Source: an uncultured Gemmatimonadota bacterium (GTDB lineage: Bacteria; SM23-81). From it: DNA of 28,464 bases. The stretch lies in contig CAZOYL010000018.1 of assembly GCA_964584035.1 (NCBI GenBank), forward strand, positions 2,458 to 30,921, written 5' to 3'. How positions within the stretch are numbered: position 1 is the stretch's first letter; each line of letters opens with the position of its first letter. The notes beneath the pieces were generated by a model. That model ran no database searches, had not been told where the DNA came from, and saw nothing but the letters and a program-made list of their open reading frames with translations. Made by a program: the position numbers and the translations under genes. This document shows, piece after piece, positions 1-9,600 of this stretch.

Positions 1-1
1 G

Positions 2-1213
2 TCGCGAGCACATCCCGATTTCGTCCGACGCCTGTTCGAGCTCGAAGTTCCGGAGATCTATGAAAGGATCGTCGAGATCAAGGCGGTGGCCCGTGAAGCC
101 GGAGATCGTTCCAAGGTGGCCGTTGCCTCCAACGATGCCCGGGTCGACCCGGTGGGCGCCTGCGTGGGACTGAAGGGCATCCGGGTCCAGAACATCGTTC
201 GGGAGCTGAGCAATGAGCGCATCGATATCGTGCCCTGGAGCCCGGATCCGGGAACATTTATCACCAAGGCCATCAGCCCGGCCAAGGTGGCCCGGGTCGA
301 TGTCGATGAACATGAGGATAAGGTCATTCTGGTGGTGGAGGAGGATCAGCTGTCGCTGGCCATCGGGCGAGCCGGACAGAATGTTCGCCTGGCCGCCAAG
401 CTGACCGGCTGGAAGATTGATATTCTTTCGGAAGAGGAGTACCGGCAGCGGCAGGCCGAGATGACCGCCATGCTGGTGGATATCGCTGACCTCCCGGGCG
501 TGGGGAAGAAATTGGTCGAGGAGTTCGAACGAGCCGGGGTGGAGAGTGTTCAGGATATGGTCAAGTGGGACGAAAAGCGACTTCAGCAGATCCCCGGCGT
601 CGGGCCGGCTACGGCGAAGAAGCTGCATCAAGCGGCCAAGGAATTGATCGACCGGGTCGAGGCGGAACATCTGGAGGTTTTGCGGACCAAAGCTCGGACG
701 AGGAAGGCAGCCGGGGAAGAGGAATCGGAGGAGGAGCTCTCCGCCGAGGAGCCTAAAGAGGCGCCGGAGAAATTGGCCGCTCGAGGCGTGAGTGTCTCCA
801 AACTCCGGGGTATCGGGCCCAAGCTGGTCCAGGAGCTGCAGCAGGCCGGGATCGAATCCCTTGAAGACCTGGCCGAGGCGGATGAAGAGAGTCTTCTTGA
901 GGTCCCAGGTGTCGGACCTGCCACTGCTCAACGCCTGCTGAAGACAGCTGAAGAGGGCATGCAGCAGATCCATGAGGCCATTCACGATCAGGAGGAATCC
1001 GCTCATACGGAATCGGCCGATGAGGAATCCGCCGATGAAGAATCCGCCGATGCCGATGAAGATAATGTCGGTGAAGATTCCGCCGGCGAGGAGGCTTCTG
1101 ATGGAGAACCTGAGTCCGAGGAAAAGATGGCCGGAACGGACACTCAGATAGAAGATGAGCTCCAGGATGATGATCATGCAAATGATGATCATCAGGATCT
1201 TGATCATAAATGA
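2..1213 (+). CDS. nusA: Transcription termination/antitermination factor NusA, 5'-truncated by the window edge, with two C-terminal (HhH)2 modules and an acidic tail
   Basis: Frame is open from base 2 (SRAHPDFVRRLFELEVPEIYE). KH-region motifs AREAGDRSKVAV, DPVGACVG and QLSLAIGRAGQNVRLAAKLTGWKIDI. Lies upstream of infB. Stop TGA 1211-1213. Confidence 0.97.
   Translation, partial: SRAHPDFVRRLFELEVPEIYERIVEIKAVAREAGDRSKVAVASNDARVDPVGACVGLKGIRVQNIVRELSNERIDIVPWSPDPGTFITKAISPAKVARVDVDEHEDKVILVVEEDQLSLAIGRAGQNVRLAAKLTGWKIDILSEEEYRQRQAEMTAMLVDIADLPGVGKKLVEEFERAGVESVQDMVKWDEKRLQQIPGVGPATAKKLHQAAKELIDRVEAEHLEVLRTKARTRKAAGEEESEEELSAEEPKEAPEKLAARGVSVSKLRGIGPKLVQELQQAGIESLEDLAEADEESLLEVPGVGPATAQRLLKTAEEGMQQIHEAIHDQEESAHTESADEESADEESADADEDNVGEDSAGEEASDGEPESEEKMAGTDTQIEDELQDDDHANDDHQDLDHK
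995..1054 (+). repeat. In-frame 15-bp tandem repeat, 4 copies, in the nusA tail
   Basis: GAATCCGCTCATACG / GAATCGGCCGATGAG / GAATCCGCCGATGAA / GAATCCGCCGATGCC, encoding ESAHT-ESADE-ESADE-ESADA. Confidence 0.85.
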
Positions 1214-1297
1214 TGATAAACATACACAGACCGGGAACATCGATCACAAGCCGATGAAAACATGGATGGGCTTCCCACCCGTCGGGGGGTGTTGAGA

Positions 1298-3493
1298 TTG
1301 GCCAAAAGAAGAATCTATGAAGTCGCCAAACAATTTAAGGTGTCCAGCGAAGCCCTGGTCTCTCTTCTGCGGAGTCTCGACTATCAAGTGAAGAGCCACA
1401 TGAGCATCGTGGATGACAGTATGGAGGCGGACATTCGCAAGAAGTTCGAGCAGCAGAAGGAAGAGGTCAAAAAGAGGGACGAACGCAAGCGGGAAAAACA
1501 CAAAGAGATCGCCCGCAAAGAGGAACAGGAAAAACCTCCCCGGAAGCGGCGCAGGCGGGACAAGAAGAAGAAAACGCAGAAGGAGGCCCAGAAGAAGCGC
1601 CGCCGTCGCCGGGAGAGACCGGCCATCGATCAACAGGAAGTGGCCGAGAGCGTCAAGAGAACTCTGGCGCAGATGGAGGGCAGGAAAACGCCCCGGAGGC
1701 GGCGTAGGAAGTCGACCAAAGAAGAGGCTGTGGCGGTGGATGAGGGCAATGTGGTCCGTGTCAGCGAGTTCATCTCCGTGGCCGAGTTAGCCCATCAGAT
1801 GGACGTCAGCCCCGCCAAAGTCATCGCCAAATGCATGCAATTGGGCCTCATGGTGACCATCAACCAGCGGCTCGATATGGATACCATCACCATGGTGGCG
1901 GACGAATTCGACTACCATGTGAAGCAGATCGAAGGGTATATTCTGGAGGATGAGCTTGAGGAGCGTGAAGAGGGTGGAGGGGATATACGTGCTCGTGCTC
2001 CGGTGGTTACCGTCATGGGTCATGTCGACCACGGAAAAACATCCCTGCTGGACTATGTCCGGAAGAGCAACGTCATTGACGATGAGCACGGCGGGATCAC
2101 CCAGCATATCGGTGCCTACGAAGTCGAAATGCCGGGGGGAACGATCACGTTCCTGGATACTCCGGGTCACGAGGCCTTCACGGCGATGCGGGCTCGCGGA
2201 GCGCAGGTCACCGACATCGTCATTCTGGTCGTGGCGGCCGATGACAATGTCATGCCGCAGACGATCGAGGCCATCGATCACGCCCGAGCGGCCGGAGTTC
2301 CCATTATCGTGGCCATCAACAAGATCGACCTTCCCCAGGCCAATGCGGATAATATCCGGCAGCAATTGGCACAGCGCGGCCTGACCCCGGAGGAGTGGGG
2401 CGGACGCGCCATCATCTGTGAGGTCTCGGCCAAGACCGGAGAGGGTATTGATAAGCTTCTGGAGATGGTTCTTCTGCAGGCCGGGATGCTCGAGCTGAGC
2501 GCAGATTACAGCGGCAAGGCGCAGGGCGTTATCGTCGAGTCCCGGCTGGACAAGGGGCGCGGTGCGGTCGCCACGGTGCTGATCCAGAGGGGTACGCTTG
2601 CCGTCGGCCAGCCGTTCGTCACCGGCTTGTGCTATGGAAAGGTACGGACCTTGATGAACGAACGGGGGGAATCAGTTGCCGGAGCCGGCCCCTCCGTTCC
2701 GGTCCAGGTAACGGGGATCTCCGAAGTGCCGCAGTCGGGAGATGTGTTCAATGTGGTAGACAGCGAGCGGGAGTCTCGGGATGTCAGCATGAAGCGGCAG
2801 CAGCTCAAACGTGAAGAGGAGTTCCGCCAGGCTTCCAAGCGTCTAACACTGAAAGATCTTTATGATCAGATCAAATCCGGAGAGCTCAAGGAGCTGCGTC
2901 TGATCATCAAAGGGGATGTGGATGGATCGGTGGAAGCCATGAGCGATTCACTGGAGAAATTGGATGTCGAGGGAGTTCGCGTTCTGGTCCTCCACAAGGG
3001 CGTCGGCGCCGTGAGCTCCTCGGATGTGCTCCTGGCAGCCGCTTCCGACGCCATCATCGTCGGCTTTCATGTCGTTCCCGATCATTCAGCCAGGGAACTG
3101 GCTGCCCGGGAACAGGTTGATATCCGCCGCTACAACGTCATCTATGAGGCCGTGTCCGATATAGAGGCTGCGCTGAAGGGATTGCTGGATCCCAAGTTTG
3201 AGGAGAAGATCCTGGGTACTGCCGAGATCCGGGAGCTGTTCAAGATACCCCGGGTGGGCACTATTGCCGGCTGCATTGTTCAATCGGGAACAATACGCCG
3301 AAACGCGAAGGCCAGAGTGGTGCGTGACGGAACGATCGTCCACGATGGGAAAATCTCATCCCTGAAACGTTTTAAGAACGACGCTTCCGAGGTTCAGACG
3401 GGATTCGAATGCGGCATCTCTCTGGAGGATTATAACGACTTTCAGCAAAAAGACATCATCGAAGCCTACGAGCTTGTTGAAGTCGAACGCTAG
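1298..3493 (+). CDS. infB: Translation initiation factor IF-2
   Basis: G-domain motifs [26 protein letters not shown] and NKID; C-terminal [12 protein letters not shown]. Start moved from 1262 to TTG 1298: SD-like GGGGGT at 1285-1290, and [11 protein letters not shown] is a typical IF2 N-terminus. Confidence 0.97.
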   Translation: MAKRRIYEVAKQFKVSSEALVSLLRSLDYQVKSHMSIVDDSMEADIRKKFEQQKEEVKKRDERKREKHKEIARKEEQEKPPRKRRRRDKKKKTQKEAQKKRRRRRERPAIDQQEVAESVKRTLAQMEGRKTPRRRRRKSTKEEAVAVDEGNVVRVSEFISVAELAHQMDVSPAKVIAKCMQLGLMVTINQRLDMDTITMVADEFDYHVKQIEGYILEDELEEREEGGGDIRARAPVVTVMGHVDHGKTSLLDYVRKSNVIDDEHGGITQHIGAYEVEMPGGTITFLDTPGHEAFTAMRARGAQVTDIVILVVAADDNVMPQTIEAIDHARAAGVPIIVAINKIDLPQANADNIRQQLAQRGLTPEEWGGRAIICEVSAKTGEGIDKLLEMVLLQAGMLELSADYSGKAQGVIVESRLDKGRGAVATVLIQRGTLAVGQPFVTGLCYGKVRTLMNERGESVAGAGPSVPVQVTGISEVPQSGDVFNVVDSERESRDVSMKRQQLKREEEFRQASKRLTLKDLYDQIKSGELKELRLIIKGDVDGSVEAMSDSLEKLDVEGVRVLVLHKGVGAVSSSDVLLAAASDAIIVGFHVVPDHSARELAAREQVDIRRYNVIYEAVSDIEAALKGLLDPKFEEKILGTAEIRELFKIPRVGTIAGCIVQSGTIRRNAKARVVRDGTIVHDGKISSLKRFKNDASEVQTGFECGISLEDYNDFQQKDIIEAYELVEVER

Positions 3494-3510
3494 CCCATTG
3501 CGAGAGGCCG

Positions 3511-3792
3511 ATGATCGTTGGTGCTTGTACCATCGAGCTGTTTTTAGCGGCAAGCGGTTCTTTGAAGTCCAAAAGACAAATTCTGCGGGCCATCAAAGAC
3601 CGCGTCAGGGGATCGTTCAATGTCTCCATCTCCGAGATCGATTACCATGATCTCTGGCAGCGGGCCATGTTGGGAGTGGCCGTGATCGGCAGCGATACCC
3701 GTTTCATTCATTCGGTCCTCAACAAGGTGATCAATCTCGTTTCCAGAGAAACTCGAGCCGAGATCATCGATGTTACCATCGAAATGCGCTGA
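3511..3792 (+). CDS. ylxP: DUF503 / YlxP family protein
   Basis: 93 aa with SLKSKR..IKDRV..FNVSISEIDYHDLWQRAMLGVA signature, in the usual position between infB and rbfA. Confidence 0.88.
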   Translation: MIVGACTIELFLAASGSLKSKRQILRAIKDRVRGSFNVSISEIDYHDLWQRAMLGVAVIGSDTRFIHSVLNKVINLVSRETRAEIIDVTIEMR

Positions 3793-3807
3793 CCGCGCGG
3801 TGAACCG

Positions 3808-4191
3808 ATGCCTAAGACACAGAGGACACAGAGAGTCGGGGATCTGATCAAAAAAGAGATCAGCGATATCATCCAGCGGAAGCTGAAGGATCCGCGTATT
3901 GGACTGCTCACTGTGACCGATGTGTCGATGACAGTGGATCTGCGCTACGCCAAGGTCTATTTCACTGTTCTGGGGGATGAGCAGGAGCTTCATCAGGCAC
4001 AGATCGGCCTGGAGAGCGCCAGAACGTTCATTCAGGGGGAGGTCGGCCGGCGCGTGCGGATCAAGTACACGCCTGAATTATCATTCCATTACGATACATC
4101 GCTTCAGCGCGGTATTCATATTGATAATATATTAAGGGAGCTGAAAGAGCATCATGATAAAGAATCTGAAGGAGGTGATTCAGGCTCTTGA
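3808..4191 (+). CDS. rbfA: Ribosome-binding factor A
   Basis: Motifs RTQRVGDLIKKEIS, KDPRI, DLRYAKVY and KYTPELSFHYD; synteny with infB. Confidence 0.96.
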   Translation: MPKTQRTQRVGDLIKKEISDIIQRKLKDPRIGLLTVTDVSMTVDLRYAKVYFTVLGDEQELHQAQIGLESARTFIQGEVGRRVRIKYTPELSFHYDTSLQRGIHIDNILRELKEHHDKESEGGDSGS

Positions 4192-5116
4192 GGACAGCCG
4201 GCGCGTTCTGATCTGTTCCCACATCGAGCCCGACGGAGACTCGATCGGATCTCAGCTGGCCCTGGCAGAGCTCCTCGATAGTCTGGGGAAAGAGACCAGA
4301 ATCGTCAATCAGGATCCTGTGCCCTCACGCTATCGTTTCCTCGATCCCGACGGCCGGATCCTCGGCCGCCTGGCAGACGGGTTCCAGCCGGACACGGCCG
4401 TGATTCTGGATTGTTCCAGCCAGGAACGCCTGGGAGATATCGGGGGATTGATCACGTCCGATATGATCATCGTCACCATCGATCATCATCGAGCCAAATC
4501 CGCACCCGATGATCCGGCTTATATCGATCTTCAGGCTTCTTCCACCGGGGAGATGATCAGCGATATCATTCGGGAGTTGAATGTCTCCATCGATCCCCGG
4601 CAGGCCGATCGGCTCTATACGGCCATCTTCAGCGATACGGGGGGATTCCGCTTTCCCAATACCACTGGAAAAAGTATGGCGATTGCTGCCGAATTGATCC
4701 AGTGCGGAGTTCGGCCGCATCACATCGCCTCCAAGATCTATGAGGAACGATCCCTCAGCAGTCTGAAGCTTCTGGGCCATGCCCTGGGGAAGCTCAGCGC
4801 GCTGGAGGACGGTCGCGTGACCATGGTCTCCCTGCAATCGGAAGACCTGGATCGGTGCGGCGCCGATCCGGGGGAAGCCGAGGGGATCGTCGATGCGCTC
4901 ATCACGGTTAAGAATGCCCTGGTCGGCGCGTTGATGCGCGAGATGCCTTCCGGAATCATCAAGGTCAATCTCAGAACTCGGGGCGGGATCAAAGCCAATC
5001 GAATAGCCGAAGCCCTGGGAGGCGGGGGGCATCCAAACGCTTCCGGTTACCGCACCGAAGAGCCGTTGGATCAGGCTCAGACGGCCTTACTCGATGAAAT
5101 CCGCAAATGGCTGTAA
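4154..5116 (+). CDS. nrnA: DHH/DHHA1 family bifunctional oligoribonuclease / pAp phosphatase (NrnA-like)
   Basis: Motifs HIEPDGDSIGS, ILD, IDHH, SDTGGFRF and GGGGHPNASG. Lies between rbfA and truB and overlaps rbfA by 38 nt. Confidence 0.9.
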   Translation: MIKNLKEVIQALEDSRRVLICSHIEPDGDSIGSQLALAELLDSLGKETRIVNQDPVPSRYRFLDPDGRILGRLADGFQPDTAVILDCSSQERLGDIGGLITSDMIIVTIDHHRAKSAPDDPAYIDLQASSTGEMISDIIRELNVSIDPRQADRLYTAIFSDTGGFRFPNTTGKSMAIAAELIQCGVRPHHIASKIYEERSLSSLKLLGHALGKLSALEDGRVTMVSLQSEDLDRCGADPGEAEGIVDALITVKNALVGALMREMPSGIIKVNLRTRGGIKANRIAEALGGGGHPNASGYRTEEPLDQAQTALLDEIRKWL

Positions 5117-6069
5117 AATCCGCCGAGCAGCTTTCAGAACAAGGAGGTCTTCTCAACGTAGATAAGACCGACGGGTGGACGTCTCATGATGTGGTGGCCA
5201 AATTTCGTTTGATTCTAAATATCCACAGGATCGGACATACCGGAACCCTGGATCCGATGGCCACCGGTGTGCTGGTGCTGTGCGTCGGATCGACGACGAA
5301 AATGGCCAGGTTTCTGGTCGGTCTGGAGAAGGAGTACCAGGGCATCATGCGTCTGGGTGCTGAGAGCGATACACTGGATGCCCAGGGAAGCATCACCACC
5401 GTTACGGAACGGCCTCAAACCACCCGGGTCGAGCTCCAGAAAATGTTCGGGAAATTCACCGGGGAGCAGAAACAGATTCCCCCCATGTATTCGGCGGTAA
5501 AGTATCAAGGCCAGCCGTTATACCAGCTGGCCCGAAGGGGGCAGACGGTTCCTCGACAGCCCCGGAGTGTGACCATTCAATCTCTCGAGCTGGTCCGGTA
5601 TCAGCCTCCCCGGGTGACCTTCCGGGTGGTCTGTTCTTCCGGAACCTATGTTCGCGTGCTGGCCGCTGATATCGGCCGCCAGCTGGGAACCGGAGCGTAT
5701 CTGGAGACCTTAAGGCGGCAGCGAGTGGGCCCCTTTCATGTCGAAGACGCTTTGACAGTAGACCGGGCGATCGAGCTGGCCCGGTGCGGAACACTTATAC
5801 AGCACCTGCAGCCCGTGATGCGCGGGCTGATACGATTTCCTCGATTGGTTGTTCATCCCTGGGCCGTCGATGCGATCCTTCACGGCAGGCCCATGATTCC
5901 GGAGATGGTCCGGGAACTTGATCCGGCGGCCGTCAGCGGCAGCCAGATCCGTATCGAGGATGGCGGCAGGAGATTGCTGGCCATGCTGCAATTGGAGAGG
6001 GGAATCGAAGAATGGAATGATGCCGCCGGCGGTGAATCCATCGGCACTTATCTTCGCGTTCTCAATTAA
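5107..6069 (+). CDS. truB: tRNA pseudouridine(55) synthase
   Basis: Motifs DKTDGWTSHDVV, GHTGTLDPMATG (catalytic Asp), QIPPMYSAVK and CSSGTYVRVLA. Confidence 0.96.
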   Translation: MAVKSAEQLSEQGGLLNVDKTDGWTSHDVVAKFRLILNIHRIGHTGTLDPMATGVLVLCVGSTTKMARFLVGLEKEYQGIMRLGAESDTLDAQGSITTVTERPQTTRVELQKMFGKFTGEQKQIPPMYSAVKYQGQPLYQLARRGQTVPRQPRSVTIQSLELVRYQPPRVTFRVVCSSGTYVRVLAADIGRQLGTGAYLETLRRQRVGPFHVEDALTVDRAIELARCGTLIQHLQPVMRGLIRFPRLVVHPWAVDAILHGRPMIPEMVRELDPAAVSGSQIRIEDGGRRLLAMLQLERGIEEWNDAAGGESIGTYLRVLN

Positions 6070-6075
6070 ATACTC

Positions 6076-7005
6076 ATGGAAGTGCTCTCGCCGTCCTCAA
6101 AAGCTCTTAAGGATTTATGCCATCCGGTCGTGACCGTTGGATCCTTCGACGGACTTCATCTGGCTCATCAGGCCATACTGAAGGAGGTCGACAGGCGAGC
6201 CAGACGAATCCGGGGACATGGCCTGGTCGTGACATTCGATCCACATCCGCGCATCGTTCTGGACAAATCGGAAGCACCGGCTCTGTTGACCACCCTGGAA
6301 GAAAAGCTGGATCTTCTGAATCAACAGCCGATCGATTACACTCTGGTGTGGCCCTTTTCACGGCGGTTGGCCGTCTGGCCGGCTTCACGCTTCGTCCAGG
6401 AGATTCTCTGGAAGAAACTGGGTGTTCGCGAGATGGTCATCGGCCACGACCATGCTTTCGGACATGACCGCGAGGGGCGTCTGCGGACCCTGCAAGATCT
6501 GGGGAAACGATATCATTTCACGGTAACGCCCATCGATCCGGTATTGTACAGGAAAGATCCCATCAGCAGCACCCGGATTCGCCGATGTTTACTGACCGGA
6601 GATGTCGTCCCCGCGGCCGAGATGCTGGGTCGTTTTTATGAGCTTGAGGGTTGTGTGGTGAGGGGAGAGGGCCGCGGCCGGACGTTGAAATATCCCACCG
6701 CCAACCTGGGTATTTCGGGACGGAAACTGATACCGGGTGACGGCGTCTATGCCGTTCGATGGAAAGGGGCTTCCGTTTCCCCGGGTGGTCTGGCGAATAT
6801 CGGCTTTCGGCCGACCTTTTCTGGAAACAAACGAACGCTGGAGATCCATTTTTTCGATTTCCTCGGATCTCTTTACGGAGAAAGAGTTTGCATTCAATTC
6901 ATACAGAAGATCAGAGATGAAAAGAGATTCGCCAGCGGCCGGGATCTCATGACGCAGATGAAAAAGGATGAACAAGCGGCTCGCCGCTTACTGGCCGCCG
7001 GTTGA
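6076..7005 (+). CDS. ribF: Bifunctional riboflavin kinase / FAD synthetase
   Basis: Motifs [35 protein letters not shown] and NIGFRPTF. Confidence 0.96.
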   Translation: MEVLSPSSKALKDLCHPVVTVGSFDGLHLAHQAILKEVDRRARRIRGHGLVVTFDPHPRIVLDKSEAPALLTTLEEKLDLLNQQPIDYTLVWPFSRRLAVWPASRFVQEILWKKLGVREMVIGHDHAFGHDREGRLRTLQDLGKRYHFTVTPIDPVLYRKDPISSTRIRRCLLTGDVVPAAEMLGRFYELEGCVVRGEGRGRTLKYPTANLGISGRKLIPGDGVYAVRWKGASVSPGGLANIGFRPTFSGNKRTLEIHFFDFLGSLYGERVCIQFIQKIRDEKRFASGRDLMTQMKKDEQAARRLLAAG

Positions 7006-7040
7006 ACGAACAGGCACATCCTTCAAGAAGGAGCCGAATC

Positions 7041-7310
7041 ATGCCACACGGCACAGCTGAAAAGGCGCAGGTGATCGAGAAACATCGTCTGCACGGCACA
7101 GACACAGGATCGGTGGAGGTCCAGGTCGCTTTGCTGACCGAGCGCATCAAGGAGCTCACCGAACACTTCAAGACCCACAAGAAGGACCATCATTCCCGCC
7201 GGGGTCTGTTAAAACTGGTGGGAAAGAGAAGGAGATTGCTCAATTATCTCATGGCTGAGGACATCGAGCGATACCGGGCGCTGGTGAAGACCCTGAAGCT
7301 CAGACGATAG
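7041..7310 (+). CDS. rpsO: 30S ribosomal protein S15 (89 aa)
   Basis: [16 protein letters not shown] and [25 protein letters not shown] 7041 follows SD AAGGAG (7028-7033) and gives the canonical length. Confidence 0.98.
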   Translation: MPHGTAEKAQVIEKHRLHGTDTGSVEVQVALLTERIKELTEHFKTHKKDHHSRRGLLKLVGKRRRLLNYLMAEDIERYRALVKTLKLRR

Positions 7311-7446
7311 ACGCGCAGCCTGAATTCATCAGGTTCATCATTGTTCATGTTCACAGCATTTCATGTCAATGGGCTCGCTCAAGCGAAGCTCATGTTCATT
7401 CATCTGCTTTCGGGCAGAAACAATAAGGATTGAGGTGCAGCAAAAG

Positions 7447-9591
7447 ATGACTTATAAATTGCAAACAGAAATCGGCGGCAGGGATCTCATCATCGAGACC
7501 GGAAAAATCGCCAAGCAGGCCGGCGGCGCCGTCACGGTGCAATACGGAGAGACCGTCATTCTGGCGACAGTCGTGGTGTCAGACGAACCCAGAGACCAAG
7601 ACTGGTTTCCCCTTTTCGTGGAATATCGAGAGAAGGCTTACGCGGCCGGTAAGATCCCGGGTGGATTCTTCAAGCGAGAGGGACGCCCCATGGAAAAAGA
7701 GGTTCTCAGCGCCAGGCTGGTGGACCGTCCCATCCGCCCGTTGTTTCCCAAGGGCTTCATGAACGAGGTCCAGGTGATCATCTCGGTGCTTTCCACCGAC
7801 CAGGAAAACGATGCCGACGTGCTGGGCTTGATCGGCGCCTCAACCGCGCTCGGTCTCTCCGGAGCACCGTTCAATGGGCCAGTGGCGGCTGTGAGGGTCG
7901 GAAAACTCGGGGATGAGATCGTCATCAACCCTACGTTTCCACAACTCGAGGATAGTGTTCTGGATCTGGTCGTTGCCGGAAACGGAGAAAGCATCGTCAT
8001 GTTCGAGGGCCGGGCCAAGGAGGTCTCCGAGGAGGTCGTCATGCAGGCCCTGGCAGCCGCCAAGCCGGTCCTGAGTCAGATCATCGATCTGCAGAACGAA
8101 CTGGTTTCGCAGTGCGGCAAGCCGAAACAACACTTCGAGCCGGTTTCTCCTGATCAGGAACTGAGCACGGCGGTCAGAGAGCTGGCCGCCGATCGTATGA
8201 TGGAGATCAACACCACGGCGATGAAAGAAGGACGCCAACAGCTTTTAACCGAGCTCACGAAGAATACTATCGAGGCGCTGTCGGAACGATTTCCGGAAAA
8301 AGAATCAGCGATCAAGGCGGCCATCGAAGAGATAGAGAAGGCTGACATGCGACAGCGAATCATCGCCGACGGCGTAAGAGTGGACGGCCGTCGGCTGGAC
8401 GAGATCCGCCCGATCAACTGTCAGGTCTCCATTCTGCCCAGAACCCACGGGTCGGCGCTGTTCACTCGCGGGCAGACACAGAGCCTGGCGGTGACCACTC
8501 TGGGAACGAAGATGGATGAGCAGAAGATCGACGCCTTAGAAGGTGAGTCATGGAAGAGCTATATGCTGCATTATAATTTTCCTCCCTTCAGCGTCGGAGA
8601 GGTTCGTCCCATCCGAGGACCCGGCCGCCGGGAGATCGGGCACGGCGCGCTGGCCGAACGGGCCATCCAGAGTGTGATCCCCAGCGATGAATCCTTTCCA
8701 TATACCATTCGTATCGTCTCCGACATCCTGGAATCCAATGGGTCATCATCCATGGCCACGGTCTGCGCCGGATCACTCTCACTGATGGATGCCGGCGTGC
8801 CCGTGAAATCGGCCGTTGCCGGATTGGCCATCGGACTGATCCAGGAAGGAGATCGGCAGGCCATACTGACCGATATCCTGGGACTCGAGGATCATCTGGG
8901 AGACATGGATATGAAGGTCACCGGCACCCGGAACGGCATCACCGCCGTTCAGATGGATCTGAAGATATCCGGCATCGGCGAAAATGTCTTGGCTGAGGCT
9001 CTCGAGCGAGCCCGGCTCGGCCGGTTGAGTATTCTGGATTCGATGTATGAGACCCTCGCGGCTCCGCGAGAAGAACTTTCTCCATATGCTCCCAGGATCA
9101 TCTCTCTGAAGATCGATCCGGAGAAGATCGGCGCGGTGATCGGACCGGGTGGAAAGATCATTCGTAAGATCACCGAAGAGACCGGTGCGAAGATCGATAT
9201 CGATGACGACGGAACCGTCACCATCGCCTCCACCGATCCCGAGGGCGGTCCCAGGGCTGCTGAGATCATCCGAACTCTGACGGCCGAGGTAGAGGAAGGA
9301 CAGATCTATACCGGTAAAGTTGTTAAGATCATGGACTTTGGAGCGTTCGTGGAGCTTCTCCCGGGGCGTGATGGTCTCCTTCACATCTCGCAGCTGGATC
9401 ATCATCGCGTCGAGAAAGTCACGGATGTCCTCAAGGTCGGCGACGAGGTGAAGGTGAAGGTCCTGGAGGTCGACGATGGGGGAAAGATCCGGCTGAGCCG
9501 TAAAGCTCTGCTGGAGAGAGGTCCCCGGTCGGACAAGGAAGAGCCCATGCAGCGGCGCCATCCTGGGGACCGCTCTCGGAAAAAGCGTTGA
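7447..9591 (+). CDS. pnp: Polyribonucleotide nucleotidyltransferase (PNPase)
   Basis: Motifs GKIPGGFFKREG, RTHGSALFTRGQTQ, RREIGHG, ESNGSSSMA and DHLGDMD, followed by KH (IGPGGK) and S1 domains. Start moved to ATG 7447 after SD GAGGTG (7432-7437). Confidence 0.98.
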   Translation: MTYKLQTEIGGRDLIIETGKIAKQAGGAVTVQYGETVILATVVVSDEPRDQDWFPLFVEYREKAYAAGKIPGGFFKREGRPMEKEVLSARLVDRPIRPLFPKGFMNEVQVIISVLSTDQENDADVLGLIGASTALGLSGAPFNGPVAAVRVGKLGDEIVINPTFPQLEDSVLDLVVAGNGESIVMFEGRAKEVSEEVVMQALAAAKPVLSQIIDLQNELVSQCGKPKQHFEPVSPDQELSTAVRELAADRMMEINTTAMKEGRQQLLTELTKNTIEALSERFPEKESAIKAAIEEIEKADMRQRIIADGVRVDGRRLDEIRPINCQVSILPRTHGSALFTRGQTQSLAVTTLGTKMDEQKIDALEGESWKSYMLHYNFPPFSVGEVRPIRGPGRREIGHGALAERAIQSVIPSDESFPYTIRIVSDILESNGSSSMATVCAGSLSLMDAGVPVKSAVAGLAIGLIQEGDRQAILTDILGLEDHLGDMDMKVTGTRNGITAVQMDLKISGIGENVLAEALERARLGRLSILDSMYETLAAPREELSPYAPRIISLKIDPEKIGAVIGPGGKIIRKITEETGAKIDIDDDGTVTIASTDPEGGPRAAEIIRTLTAEVEEGQIYTGKVVKIMDFGAFVELLPGRDGLLHISQLDHHRVEKVTDVLKVGDEVKVKVLEVDDGGKIRLSRKALLERGPRSDKEEPMQRRHPGDRSRKKR

Positions 9592-9600
9592 TGCCCCTAT

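Noticed and set aside
1211..1297. Programmed NusA-IF2 readthrough fusion or selenocysteine recoding (same reading frame)
   Set aside because: Three consecutive stops, including TAA, make readthrough implausible.
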